From: Chlamydiota bacterium
GTDB taxonomy: Bacteria; Auribacterota; Tritonobacteria; UBA1439
Direction of reading: 5' to 3'
Assembly: GCA_037133055.1 (NCBI GenBank)
Contig: JBAXOY010000050.1
Coordinates: 1 to 20,313, forward strand
Length of the DNA stretch: 20,313 bases
The notes beneath the pieces are model-generated. The model ran no database searches. It was not told the origin of the DNA and saw only the letters and a program-made list of their open reading frames with translations. This document shows positions 1-9,012 of this stretch, piece after piece. The translations under genes were made by a program, and so were the position numbers. Each line of letters starts with the position of its first letter. Positions within the stretch are counted from its first letter, which is position 1.

Positions 1-1088
1 TAGCGGATCACGGGGATGGTGAGGATCGGGAGCGACTGGGAGGGCTGCGCCTCCTGGAGACGGAACAGGAGGTACAGGGTGTAGAACGTCGCCTTGGAGT
101 TCTGGTCGTCGTCCCTGATGTAAAACCAGGAGCCGCGGTAGCGTGCGGCGACATAGGCGTTCTCCGGCTCCTTCTTCGAGGTGTACACGCGGATCAGGGT
201 GCCCGTCACCTTGCTCCAGTCGTACTCGCTCCCGTCGGGGTTCCGGACGACGGTCACGAGTCCGGCCTTGGAGTTCTCCGGGGGAACGTCCACTCCATTC
301 GAGAGGAACGCGAGGACGCCGAGCACGGGCCGCGTTCTCACGACAAGCCGGTCGGCGTCTCCCTGGACATTGTCGCCGGTGAGGACAAAGGTGTCTTTCG
401 ACGCCGAGACCCCGAGGAGCTCCTTGACCTCGCGTACCCTGTCGGCGTACGGCGGGCTCTCCTTGATCTGGAGCAGAAACTCGGCATCCTTCCCCTTGTC
501 CGTCCGGCCGAACTGAATGAGATCCGCCTGCTGGAGCTCGCCCAGGAGGCCCACGAGCCTCTGGAACTTCTCGGGATGGGGGACCCACTCGGGGAGAAGG
601 AGCGAGGCCCGGGCCGCGTTGTCGATGCCGTTGATGTGCTCGAGGCAGAGGGTGAAGACGCGGGGGATGCTGCCCCCGGTCTGCGTGAGGAGCACGAGCG
701 TGCTCACGGGGATGGGGGACATGAGCTTCTTCAGGAAATCCTCGCCCTGGACGGGGACGAAGGAGAGGGTCGGGGTCTGGGAGTAGGTCCCTTCGATCCC
801 CGGCTTTATGATGCTCCCCGAGAACGGGTCGATGAGCAGATCCGCAGACACGTTCGCCCTGCCCACCATCGTTTCGGATGAGGTGATGTTCGTGACGTCG
901 ATGAAGAAGGGGGTGTCGCGGTACTTCTGGCGGACAAGGTTGAGGAGAAGCTCCTGGTTCAGGTTGCGGGCGAGGACATCGTTGTACTGCGGGTAGGTCA
1001 CCCGGAGCGCCGAAGGCCCCAGCGACCGGCAGCCGCAGACAAGGGCGAGACACGCGCTTAAGAACCCCACGCCCGTTCGCAGTCTCAT
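1..1088 (-). CDS. Hypothetical lipoprotein, 362 aa; stop codon probably straddles the window edge
   Basis: Translated by hand; not in the ORF track. ATG at 1088 follows a GGAGG SD. Open frame MRLRTGVGFLSACLALVCGCRSLGPSALR...YNDVLARNLNQELLLNLVRQKYRDTPFFIDV...YRGSWFYIRDDD...LPILTIPVIR, then TA at positions 2-1. Lipobox-like VCGC follows a short hydrophobic signal. Confidence 0.85.
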   Translation of the reverse strand, partial: MRLRTGVGFLSACLALVCGCRSLGPSALRVTYPQYNDVLARNLNQELLLNLVRQKYRDTPFFIDVTNITSSETMVGRANVSADLLIDPFSGSIIKPGIEGTYSQTPTLSFVPVQGEDFLKKLMSPIPVSTLVLLTQTGGSIPRVFTLCLEHINGIDNAARASLLLPEWVPHPEKFQRLVGLLGELQQADLIQFGRTDKGKDAEFLLQIKESPPYADRVREVKELLGVSASKDTFVLTGDNVQGDADRLVVRTRPVLGVLAFLSNGVDVPPENSKAGLVTVVRNPDGSEYDWSKVTGTLIRVYTSKKEPENAYVAARYRGSWFYIRDDDQNSKATFYTLYLLFRLQEAQPSQSLPILTIPVIR

Positions 1089-1197
1089 CCCGCTCCTCCC
1101 GATGCGCGCCTTTCGCCGCAAAAGAGTATGTCACGGGCACGCGCGCGCAGGCAAGACCTTTTGCCGTCGTGACGGCCTTTCCGCGGGGCTGCCGCCG

Positions 1198-2943
1198 TCA
1201 TAGGGGGCGCCGGCCGAAGGAGAGGTCGAGCGCGGGGCCGTACGCCGCGTCCCGGACATACAGGAACCGCTTTCGCGAAAGGAAGCTCACGCCCAGGGAG
1301 ACCGCCGCCCAGGGGAGGGCGGAGAGAATGCATCTCCCCCACTCCCCATTGTAGCTCCCGAACAATGCGGCCCTCAATGCCTGGACCACGTGCGTCAGAG
1401 GAAAAATCGGGGAAAGCCCCCTGAAAAACGGCGGCGAGAGCTCGATCGGGTAGGCGCCGCCCGCCGAGGCGATCTGCAGGACGAGAAACATCACGCAGAG
1501 GAGCTTTCCCGCGTCCCCGATAAGGCGCACGAGGGACAGGACGATGGTATTGTAGATGAAGGCCGCGCAGAGAAGAACGGCATAGAATCCGAGCATGTCG
1601 CGCGGGGGTATACGCATGAGGAACTGCACGGTCGCGCCGAGCAGCGCAGCGCCCGCGCAGGAAATCGCGAGCGGCACGATCCCCTTGCCGAGAATCTTCG
1701 CGTACGTGTGCGCCCCTGCGACGCTCTCCGGGAACACGATCAGGTGGAAGAGGAACGATCCCATCACCACGCCCAGCCAGAGCGAGAGCGCCATGAAGTA
1801 CGGTGCGAACGCGGGCCCGTTCGCGGAGACGGGGGCGCACTCGTCCCTCCGGATTGTCACGGACTCGGCGAGGCCCTCGGGGTTGGATCCGCCTTCCGGC
1901 AGCGCGGCGGCGAATTCCCCGAGCCCCTCGTGAAGCGCCGCGAGCCCCTTTTCGAGAGCGGCGCTTCCTTCGCGGAGCGCGTCCATTCCCCGCGCGAGTT
2001 CCTCCTCTTTTTCGGCGAGCCGGCCCGCCCCCTCCGACGCCCTGCCGATCCCCTCCCCGAGCCGCTCGATCGCGTCCTGGTATTCCGCCGCGCCCTTCGC
2101 CAACCGGTCGAGGTCTGAAGCGCGGGGCAGCCCGGTGACCCTGTCGAAGAGCGGCCGCTTCGAGAGGCCCGAGGCGAGCTTCGAAGTGTTTCCGTGGAGC
2201 ATCCGCCCCGACTCGACGAGCTTCTTCGCGTCGACCCCGCCGAGCCCGCCCGCCAGCTTCTTCTGGTTGTCGGCGATCGCGCGCGCCCCGCCAGCGGCCC
2301 TCTCGATCCCCCCGCGGAGCCTCCCGGATCCATCGAGGGCCCTTCCCGCCCCGTCCCTCATTTTGACGGCGGCGCTCCGCGCGTCGCGACCCGAGGAGAG
2401 CACCACCCGCCACCGCTCTACGCCGAGCGTGCGGTTGAGATTGTCTTTGACCGTGCCCGCGAACCTTTCCGCGATGAGGCTCGCGACGAAGCTCGTCCCC
2501 TGCGAAGTGATGAGCGTGAGCGCGGCGGGCCCGGCGCCGGCGAGCGCCTTCGCGCTGAAATCACGCGGGACCACGAGCGCGAAATAGTCCGCGCCCGCCC
2601 TGACCGCCGCCTCCGCCTCCCTCTCGCCGGGATAGAAGGTGAATTTGAGGGACCGCTTCCCTTCGAGCTCCCCGACAAGCTTCCTCCCGAGGTCGTAGTC
2701 CCTCCCCCTGAACGTCGTGCCCTCGTCGAGGTTTACGAGCCCAGCGGGGAGGCGGTTCACGTTCCCATACGGGTCCCATATCGCGCCGACGTAGATCACC
2801 GTATAAAGGGAGGGGATAAAGGCGATGAGCGCGGCCGCGCCCCAGAGCGGAAGCCGCCCCCTGAAGAGAGAGGCCTCCTTTGAGAAGACCTCGAACACCT
2901 GCCGCATCCCGGCGACGAAACCCCTGTTCCCGTCACCGCTCAT
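1198..2943 (-). CDS. YhgE/Pip-family membrane protein
   Basis: N-terminal TM followed by WDPYGNVNRLPAGLVNLDEG; central helical repeats (GAGRALDGSGRL, GAGRLAE); then NGPAFAPYFMALSLWLG and several C-terminal TMs including LQIASAGGAYPIELSP. Confidence 0.9.
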   Translation of the reverse strand: MSGDGNRGFVAGMRQVFEVFSKEASLFRGRLPLWGAAALIAFIPSLYTVIYVGAIWDPYGNVNRLPAGLVNLDEGTTFRGRDYDLGRKLVGELEGKRSLKFTFYPGEREAEAAVRAGADYFALVVPRDFSAKALAGAGPAALTLITSQGTSFVASLIAERFAGTVKDNLNRTLGVERWRVVLSSGRDARSAAVKMRDGAGRALDGSGRLRGGIERAAGGARAIADNQKKLAGGLGGVDAKKLVESGRMLHGNTSKLASGLSKRPLFDRVTGLPRASDLDRLAKGAAEYQDAIERLGEGIGRASEGAGRLAEKEEELARGMDALREGSAALEKGLAALHEGLGEFAAALPEGGSNPEGLAESVTIRRDECAPVSANGPAFAPYFMALSLWLGVVMGSFLFHLIVFPESVAGAHTYAKILGKGIVPLAISCAGAALLGATVQFLMRIPPRDMLGFYAVLLCAAFIYNTIVLSLVRLIGDAGKLLCVMFLVLQIASAGGAYPIELSPPFFRGLSPIFPLTHVVQALRAALFGSYNGEWGRCILSALPWAAVSLGVSFLSRKRFLYVRDAAYGPALDLSFGRRPL

Positions 2944-3051
2944 GGAGATGGCACCTCGATAGCACCTCGTGCGCCGGCAGAAGGGCCCGGGTCATTGATG
3001 CCTCCTGATGCGGCCAACCCGGAAAGCACGTGCACGCCGCCGTTCTTCCGT

Positions 3052-3087
3052 GTGATGCTAGCATCACCATGGACACGCGGCAAGAAT
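3052..3087 (-). promoter_or_regulatory. Putative sigma70 promoter for the YhgE/Pip gene, overlapping a perfect 16-bp palindrome
   Basis: Minus strand TTGCCG-17 bp-TAGCAT with an extended -10 TG. Perfect palindrome GTGATGCTAGCATCAC at 3052-3067. Confidence 0.5.
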
Positions 3088-3285
3088 GGACTCCCCCTGA
3101 AATATGGTTACACGTTTTGCCGCGGATTGCGCGGATCCGCGCGGATTCGACCACAGCGAGGAATTATCCCCCCGCATGGGCTCCCCGCGGAGACTCTATG
3201 CCGGAAGGGGCAGACCCGAGTCCGCTATGAATGCGGATTATTGAGCAGGGCTGTCGGCCCAACCCTCGAGAGAGAACAAGAGAAG

Positions 3286-3310
3286 GCAGGCGGCCTGAAG
3301 GCCGCCCTGC
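3286..3310. repeat. REP-like GC hairpin
   Basis: GCA-GGCGGCC-TGAA-GGCCGCC-C-TGC inverted repeat in an intergenic region. Confidence 0.5.
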
Positions 3311-3391
3311 AGGGTGGCAGAGAATGTCACTCGGGAGGCACTCGAATTGCGTGTCGGGCGATCCGGCTCATAGTGTATACTTCATTGCACG

Positions 3392-4525
3392 ATGAAGATA
3401 TTGCGCCTCCTCCGTCCATCCCCCGCAGCCTGTTCCATGATCCTGGCCGCCGCCTTTCTCGCCGGCCCCCTCCGCCTGCACGCCGAACTCGCGTTCGTGG
3501 AGAAAAAGCCGCTCCACGTCGTGACGCGGACATTCGAGCCGTTTGTCATCCGGGAAGGCGGGCAGTACAAAGGGTTCGCGATCGACCTTTGGGACAAGCT
3601 CGCGAAGGAGATCGGGCGCACTTACACGCTGGAGGACGCCGGCACCATCACCGCCCTCCTCGACAAGGTGTGGCGAAAACAGGCGGACGCGGGCATCGGC
3701 GGCATCGGCATTTCCGCCGATCGCGAGCAGCTCATGGATTTCAGCCACCCGTTCTTCAGGGCCGGGCTCCAGGTCATGGTCCTGCGGCGCTCGTCCTCCC
3801 CGATCGAGTGTTTCTTCCCGACGTTCTTCGAGGTGGTGCGCTCACAGCGGAACAGCTTCCTCCTCATCATCGGCGTGCTCGTCGCCTTCATGCTCCTCTC
3901 CGCCCACATCGTCTGGCTCTGCGAACGCCGGCGGAATCCCGAGTTTCCTCCCGGCTATCTCCGCGGCATCTGGGATTCGCTCTGGTGGTCGGCGCAGACC
4001 GCGACCACGGTCGGGTACGGCGACAAGGCCCCGCGCGGGGTGCCGGGGCGCCTGTTCGGCATGATCTGGATGGTCGGCGGGTGCCTCATATTCACCTACC
4101 TCACGGCGAGCGTGACCACGCACCTCACCCTCAGGGAACTCAGGGGGGCCATCACCGGCCCGTCGGACCTTCCCGGAAAAAGGGTCGCGACGGTCAAGGG
4201 GAGCACGGCGTCGGATTACCTGGTCGCGGCGTTGATCCCCGCGGCCGGGTTCGACACCATCGCGGAGGCGTGCCGGGCTCTTCAGATCGGGCAGGCGGAC
4301 GCGGTCGTCTACGACTCGCCCGTCCTCATGTACCTCGCCGCGCGGAGCGCAAACCATGAACTGAAGGTCGTCGGGCCCGTCTTCAGGGTGGAGAACTACG
4401 GGATCGCCCTCCCCACGGCAAGCCCCCTGCGCGAGGAGATCAACCGCGCCATCTTGAAATTTGACGCAGACGGGACGTACCGGGAACTCCACGCGAAATG
4501 GTTCGGGCCGGGGATGGAGCAGTAG
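3392..4525 (+). CDS. GluR0-like ligand-gated potassium channel (amino-acid-binding domain interrupted by a K+ pore)
   Basis: Signal-like N-terminus; family-3 solute-binding motifs (FEPFV, GFAIDLW, ISADREQLMDFSHPF); TM, pore WWSAQTATTVGYGD, TM; second lobe ATVKGST...DAVVYDSPVL...YGIAL...LREEINRAIL...KWFG. Confidence 0.92.
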   Translation: MKILRLLRPSPAACSMILAAAFLAGPLRLHAELAFVEKKPLHVVTRTFEPFVIREGGQYKGFAIDLWDKLAKEIGRTYTLEDAGTITALLDKVWRKQADAGIGGIGISADREQLMDFSHPFFRAGLQVMVLRRSSSPIECFFPTFFEVVRSQRNSFLLIIGVLVAFMLLSAHIVWLCERRRNPEFPPGYLRGIWDSLWWSAQTATTVGYGDKAPRGVPGRLFGMIWMVGGCLIFTYLTASVTTHLTLRELRGAITGPSDLPGKRVATVKGSTASDYLVAALIPAAGFDTIAEACRALQIGQADAVVYDSPVLMYLAARSANHELKVVGPVFRVENYGIALPTASPLREEINRAILKFDADGTYRELHAKWFGPGMEQ

Positions 4526-4585
4526 CGGGGGCCGTCACGCATACGCTTCCGTCATCCCCCTCCCGGTGGGCGACGGGCCCGCTCC

Positions 4586-6907
4586 TCACACTATCGCGAT
4601 CCCGTCCGCCTTGAGCGCCCGGTCCAGCTCGTGGCGCAGCTCGGAGACCGTCTTCCAGTCGGCCGGGTTCGACAACCATACCCGCAGGGAGAACTCGAGC
4701 TTGCCGCCCCCGAAGTTCTCGAGCCGCACCGTGGGGTGCGGGGCGCGGAGCACGCGCGGGTTGGCGAGGGCGACCCCGAGGAGCAGCTCCTCGACCCTGC
4801 GGCTGTCGGCCTTTCCGTCCACCTTGACGGGGACCTCAGCCCGGACCCGCGGGTCGAGGTAGGTCCAGTTCGCGAAGCTCTTCGAGACGAACTCCGAGTT
4901 GGGGACGATGATCGTCTTTCCCGCGTAGGTTTTGAGGATCGTGTTCCGTATCGTCACCCGCTCGACCCTGCTGAACGCCCCGTCCCGCTCGATCATGTCG
5001 CCGGGCTGGATCTCCCGGCCGAGGAGGAGGATCAAGCCGCTGATGAAGTTGTTGACGATGACCTGCATCCCGAACCCGATCCCCACCGAGAGCCCCCCCG
5101 CGATCAACGCGAGGTTGCTCATGGTAAACCCCGCGAGCGTGAGCGCGGCCCCGGCGTAGACGAACCAGATGAGGTAGCGGCTGAGCGCCTGGAGCGAGAG
5201 GACATCCCCCTCCTTCGCCTCCTCGTCCCGGAACCGGATGGCCGGGATGAGCTCGCTCACGACGCCGACGACCGAGCGCGTCAGGAAGAACCCCGCGACG
5301 ATCATCGGTACGCCGACGAGGTGCAGGGAGAAGTGCCGCCACCCCATCTTCACTGAGAAGATCGCGCGGAGGAGCGCCCCGCCGCCCAGGTACGCGAGGT
5401 AGCCCGCCAGGGAAGCGAACAGGGAAAGGATGAGGACGTTCGGGTAGTTCACTGTCTCCCGGACAATTCGGAGCGCGAGGTGCCGCGCGCTCAGCGCATC
5501 GGCTGCGGGCGGGATTTTTTCCGTCGCCGCGGAGATGCCCGCGGCGAGGACTGCCGAGGCCGAGACCGCCAGGACCACCGTCGCGGCGAACACGGCGATG
5601 TTCACCCATCCGAGGAGCGCGCACAGGAGGAGAAGGGGGATGAACCAGAGAAGCGCCTGACGCGCCGGGCGGACGGGGGATCCGGGCGGGGCCGGGATTG
5701 CCGCAGCCCACAACCAGGCGGGGAGGAGCGCCGCGCACCAGAGGACGCTGATGCTCTCGATGTGCAGGTTGAGGGCCTGCAGGGTGTTCCCGGCGGCAGC
5801 GACGGCCCAGAGGGGCATGATCAGCCAGCGCCCGGCCGGCCGGGCGTCGGAGGCGGCGTTTTCGAGCCTCCCGCCGAGAGAGATGCCCCCGCGGATCAGG
5901 AGCAGCCACACCGCCGCGAAGACGAGCCCGGACCGGATGAACCCGGGCATGCCGACGCCGATGCAGAGCGCCGCCCCCCCCGCGAGCCACGCGATGGCGG
6001 GGAACAGGGAACGGGCAAGGCCCGGGACGCCGACCCGGGCCTCGAGACGCCGCAGGGCCATCCGCGCGGCGAAGAGGAGGACGAGGGCGGCGACGACGGC
6101 CCGGGCGGCGACGCGCGCCCAGATGGAGTCGTCGGACTGGTCTATCGCCAGGCACGTCGCGGTGAAGGTCCGCGCCCACACCCTGAATGTCCCCCACGCG
6201 GCGCGCCAGCCATCGCCCGAGAAAAGATCCGGGACTGCCTCGAGGTAGTAGCCGCGAAGCACCCCGTCATCTTTCGATTCGACGAGGTCCCGGAATCTAT
6301 TAACCTTCTCCCGCAGTCCGTCCGCCGCCTGGAGGCGGAGTTCAAGCTCCCTGTTGAGGGACGCGGCGCGCGCGCAGATTTCCCCGTTCCTGCGGCCGAA
6401 ATCACCGAGCTCTGACGCCACGGCCTGGGGCAGGGTGGTTTCGGCGAGCCCCTGCTCCCTCAACACGCCCATGCCCTCCGCGATGTGGAAATTGAACTTC
6501 TCCACGGCGTCGAGGGCTTTCTTTCTCTTCTCAAGCGGCGATGCGATACCGGCGATCCGGGCTTCGATCGACCGGACCTGCTCACGCATGTCGATGATGG
6601 AAAAGGGGGTGGTATGCCGCGCGAGCTGAATCGCCATCAGCCGCTGGAAGCGCAGCTCGACCCCGGCGAGGTGCTGCCGCACGCCCGGGTAGACCCCCGG
6701 GAGCTCGCGCGCCATGGCATCGATAATCGCCGCGTTCAGGTCGAGCTGCTCCCGGCCCCTGGAGAGAAGCGTGTGCCATTCCGCGGCCTCTCCGCCCGGG
6801 GCGGGCGCGGAAAGCGCGCACCGCGCGGCGAACAGGACGGCCACGGCCGCCAGCGGGATGAACCTGTGGAGGGGCGCCGCGGATGTCACGGACGATCGTG
6901 GGGTCAT
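4586..6907 (-). CDS. Large MscS-family mechanosensitive channel (MscK/KefA-like architecture)
   Basis: C-terminal MscS core (AGGLSVGIGFGMQVIVNNFISGLILL, IQPGDMIE, IIVPNSEFV, NWT) preceded by many TMs, a helical periplasmic region and a signal peptide. Start placed at ATG 6907 after a GGGGAG SD rather than at 6949. Confidence 0.9.
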   Translation of the reverse strand: MTPRSSVTSAAPLHRFIPLAAVAVLFAARCALSAPAPGGEAAEWHTLLSRGREQLDLNAAIIDAMARELPGVYPGVRQHLAGVELRFQRLMAIQLARHTTPFSIIDMREQVRSIEARIAGIASPLEKRKKALDAVEKFNFHIAEGMGVLREQGLAETTLPQAVASELGDFGRRNGEICARAASLNRELELRLQAADGLREKVNRFRDLVESKDDGVLRGYYLEAVPDLFSGDGWRAAWGTFRVWARTFTATCLAIDQSDDSIWARVAARAVVAALVLLFAARMALRRLEARVGVPGLARSLFPAIAWLAGGAALCIGVGMPGFIRSGLVFAAVWLLLIRGGISLGGRLENAASDARPAGRWLIMPLWAVAAAGNTLQALNLHIESISVLWCAALLPAWLWAAAIPAPPGSPVRPARQALLWFIPLLLLCALLGWVNIAVFAATVVLAVSASAVLAAGISAATEKIPPAADALSARHLALRIVRETVNYPNVLILSLFASLAGYLAYLGGGALLRAIFSVKMGWRHFSLHLVGVPMIVAGFFLTRSVVGVVSELIPAIRFRDEEAKEGDVLSLQALSRYLIWFVYAGAALTLAGFTMSNLALIAGGLSVGIGFGMQVIVNNFISGLILLLGREIQPGDMIERDGAFSRVERVTIRNTILKTYAGKTIIVPNSEFVSKSFANWTYLDPRVRAEVPVKVDGKADSRRVEELLLGVALANPRVLRAPHPTVRLENFGGGKLEFSLRVWLSNPADWKTVSELRHELDRALKADGIAIV

Positions 6908-7025
6908 GGTCTCACTCCCCGGCTGTGCGCAAGGCCGCACTGTCGTCAATGCTAGCGCATTTCATCCCCGCAGCGCCATAGGATTCAGGCCCGTGTGCCC
7001 GAGGGGATTCGGGCCAGCACAAGAG

Positions 7026-7055
7026 ATAGGACCCATGGGGCCTATAGGACCTATT
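7026..7055. repeat. Degenerate 9-bp tandem repeat
   Basis: ATAGGACCC ATGGGGCCT ATAGGACCT ATT. Confidence 0.6.
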
Positions 7056-7161
7056 AGAAGTGGAACACCCGACAGAGTCCCCCCCCCGACATCGCGGTGG
7101 CCCGCCGCCGACATAATCGGCTACAATGGGGCCGCGCCCAACTCACCCCGGAGGCGATCCA

Positions 7162-8031
7162 GTGCCCGTCATCGAACCCGCGATACGGCCGCCCGCCGAG
7201 GCCGGGAGCTTTTTGCTCCAGGTCACGACGGGGTGCTCCGCGAACAGGTGCACGTTCTGCGGCGCCTATACGGGGAAGCCGTTCAGGGCGAAGCCCCCGG
7301 AAGAGATCTTCTCCGATATCGAGGAGGAGCGCGCGCGGGAGCCCGGCGTCCGGCGGGTGTTTCTCATGGACGGCGACGCCCTCGCGCTCTCGAACGCGCG
7401 GCTCGTGCCGATCCTCGCGAGGCTCGCCGCGGCATTTCCGATGCTCGCCCGGGTCTCGAGCTACGCGAACGGGTACCAGGTCGCGCGGAGGGGCGATAAC
7501 GAGCTCCGCGAGCTCCACGACCGAAAACTCACGCTCATCTACATGGGACTCGAGAGCGGAAGCCAGGCGATACTCGACCGGTGCCGGAAGCGCGCGACCG
7601 TCGGGGAGATGGTCGACGCGGTGCGGAAAGCCGCCGGCGCGGGGATCAGGTCCTCGGTCATCGTCCTCCTCGGGCTCGGCGGCAGGGAAAATTCCGCGGA
7701 GCATGTCCGCGAGACGATACGCGCCCTCAACCGGATGCAGCCGAGGTACCTGTCATTCCTCTCCCTCATGCTCATCCCCGGCACGCCGCTGTGGGAGGAG
7801 GCGCGCCGCGGAGCGTTCCACGAGCTCGACTCCCGGGCGCTCCTCCGCGAGGCCCGGGACATCATCGCGGGGCTCGAGCTCGAGAAGACCGTGTTCAGGT
7901 CCGACCACGCGTCGAATTACCTCTCCCTCGAGGGGAGATTCCCCGCCGACAAGGCCGCGCTGACGCGCACGCTCGATCTCGCCATCGAAGGGAAGCTTCC
8001 GACGAGGCCCGAGTTGTTTCGGGGCCTGTGA
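7162..8031 (+). CDS. Radical SAM protein of unknown function
   Basis: IRPPAEAGSFLLQVTTGCSANRCTFC (Cx4Cx2C cluster motif), RVFLMDGDAL, IYMGLESGS, FRSDHASNYL. GTG at 7162 follows GGAGG at 7150-7154. Confidence 0.9.
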   Translation: MPVIEPAIRPPAEAGSFLLQVTTGCSANRCTFCGAYTGKPFRAKPPEEIFSDIEEERAREPGVRRVFLMDGDALALSNARLVPILARLAAAFPMLARVSSYANGYQVARRGDNELRELHDRKLTLIYMGLESGSQAILDRCRKRATVGEMVDAVRKAAGAGIRSSVIVLLGLGGRENSAEHVRETIRALNRMQPRYLSFLSLMLIPGTPLWEEARRGAFHELDSRALLREARDIIAGLELEKTVFRSDHASNYLSLEGRFPADKAALTRTLDLAIEGKLPTRPELFRGL

Positions 8032-8130
8032 TGCAAGGTCTATGCATCCCGGCTCATGCCTCTGGGCACGGTGTTTCCGGCATGACATTTCCCCCTTCCC
8101 TTTTCCCGCAGCGGATATAGAATATTCCGC

Positions 8131-8979
8131 ATGGACCCTTTGCACACCCCTGCCTATACTCGCAACACGCCGATCGACGAGATCGAGTTCACGGTGCTCG
8201 ACACCGAGACCACCGGCCTCAACCCGGAGGAGGGGCACCAGATCATCGAGATCGGCATGGCCCGCTACGGGGCCCGCGGCAAGATCTCCGAGACATTCGA
8301 GACCCTGATCCGCCCCACCCACATCCTCTCCCCCGAAGCCCTCGCTGTGCATAAGATCTCCCCGGAGCAGCTCGGGGGGGCACGCCCGATGGGGGAGCGT
8401 ATCGACGATGTCCTCGCCTTCATCGGCGGCTCGGTGATCGCCGCCCACAACGTCAAATTTGACATGACCTTCCTCCACACGGCGCTCCGCGCGCTTGGCC
8501 GCCCGGTCCTCGACAACTGGGCGATCGACACGATCGAGCTGAGCCGCCGGGCATGGCCCGAGATGAAGTGCCACTGCCTGATGTGCATGGCCCGCCACCT
8601 CGACCTCCCCCACCAGGGGACGCATCGCGCGCTGGAGGACGTCTACGCCACGGTCGAGCTCCTCGACGCGATCATCTCGCGCTTCCGTGAAGAGAAGGCC
8701 CGCCTCACCCTCGGCGACCTCGCTCCCGTGCGCACCGATTTCACCTGGGGCCGGGGCGAAGCGTACAAAAGGCTCGAGGGCGCACTTGAGTGTGCGATCA
8801 GGCGCGGCTGGCCCGTGCACATCTTCCTCTACAACCGCGATTCATGCGTGTTCACGAAAAAGACCGTCGATCCGGTGAGGGTCGTAAACGGCAGTCTCTA
8901 CGCGCGCGTCCCCGGCGAGGACGCCGAGCGTGAATTCCCCCTCATCAGCATCGCGAAGGCCCTCTCCGCGCCGGCGTAG
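8131..8979 (+). CDS. DnaQ-like DEDDh 3'-5' exonuclease with C-terminal WYL-like domain
   Basis: ExoI VLDTETTG, ExoII AHNVKFD, ExoIII HRALED. The C-terminus AIRRGWPVHIFLY...TKKTVDPVRV...LYAR...EREFPLISI resembles a WYL domain. Confidence 0.88.
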   Translation: MDPLHTPAYTRNTPIDEIEFTVLDTETTGLNPEEGHQIIEIGMARYGARGKISETFETLIRPTHILSPEALAVHKISPEQLGGARPMGERIDDVLAFIGGSVIAAHNVKFDMTFLHTALRALGRPVLDNWAIDTIELSRRAWPEMKCHCLMCMARHLDLPHQGTHRALEDVYATVELLDAIISRFREEKARLTLGDLAPVRTDFTWGRGEAYKRLEGALECAIRRGWPVHIFLYNRDSCVFTKKTVDPVRVVNGSLYARVPGEDAEREFPLISIAKALSAPA

Positions 8980-9012
8980 CGGGCCGATTCTTCCCCCTGC
9001 CATGCCTTTCCT

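Noticed and set aside
1198..2943. Prophage or type VII secretion inferred from the Pip-family name
   Set aside because: No phage genes, WXG100 proteins or EssC-type ATPase in the window.
1085..7963. Long alternative-frame ORFs (1085-2413, 2995-4359, 4836-6197, 5480-6415, 7097-7963 and others)
   Set aside because: Arg/Pro/Gly-rich shadow frames of high-GC genes that overlap well-supported CDSs and carry no recognisable motifs.
7162..8031. Radical SAM enzyme as a RiPP maturase for the nearby repeat proteins
   Set aside because: No SPASM/twitch Cys motifs or RRE domain, not adjacent to the candidates, and Cx4Cx2C spacing is normal for this subgroup.
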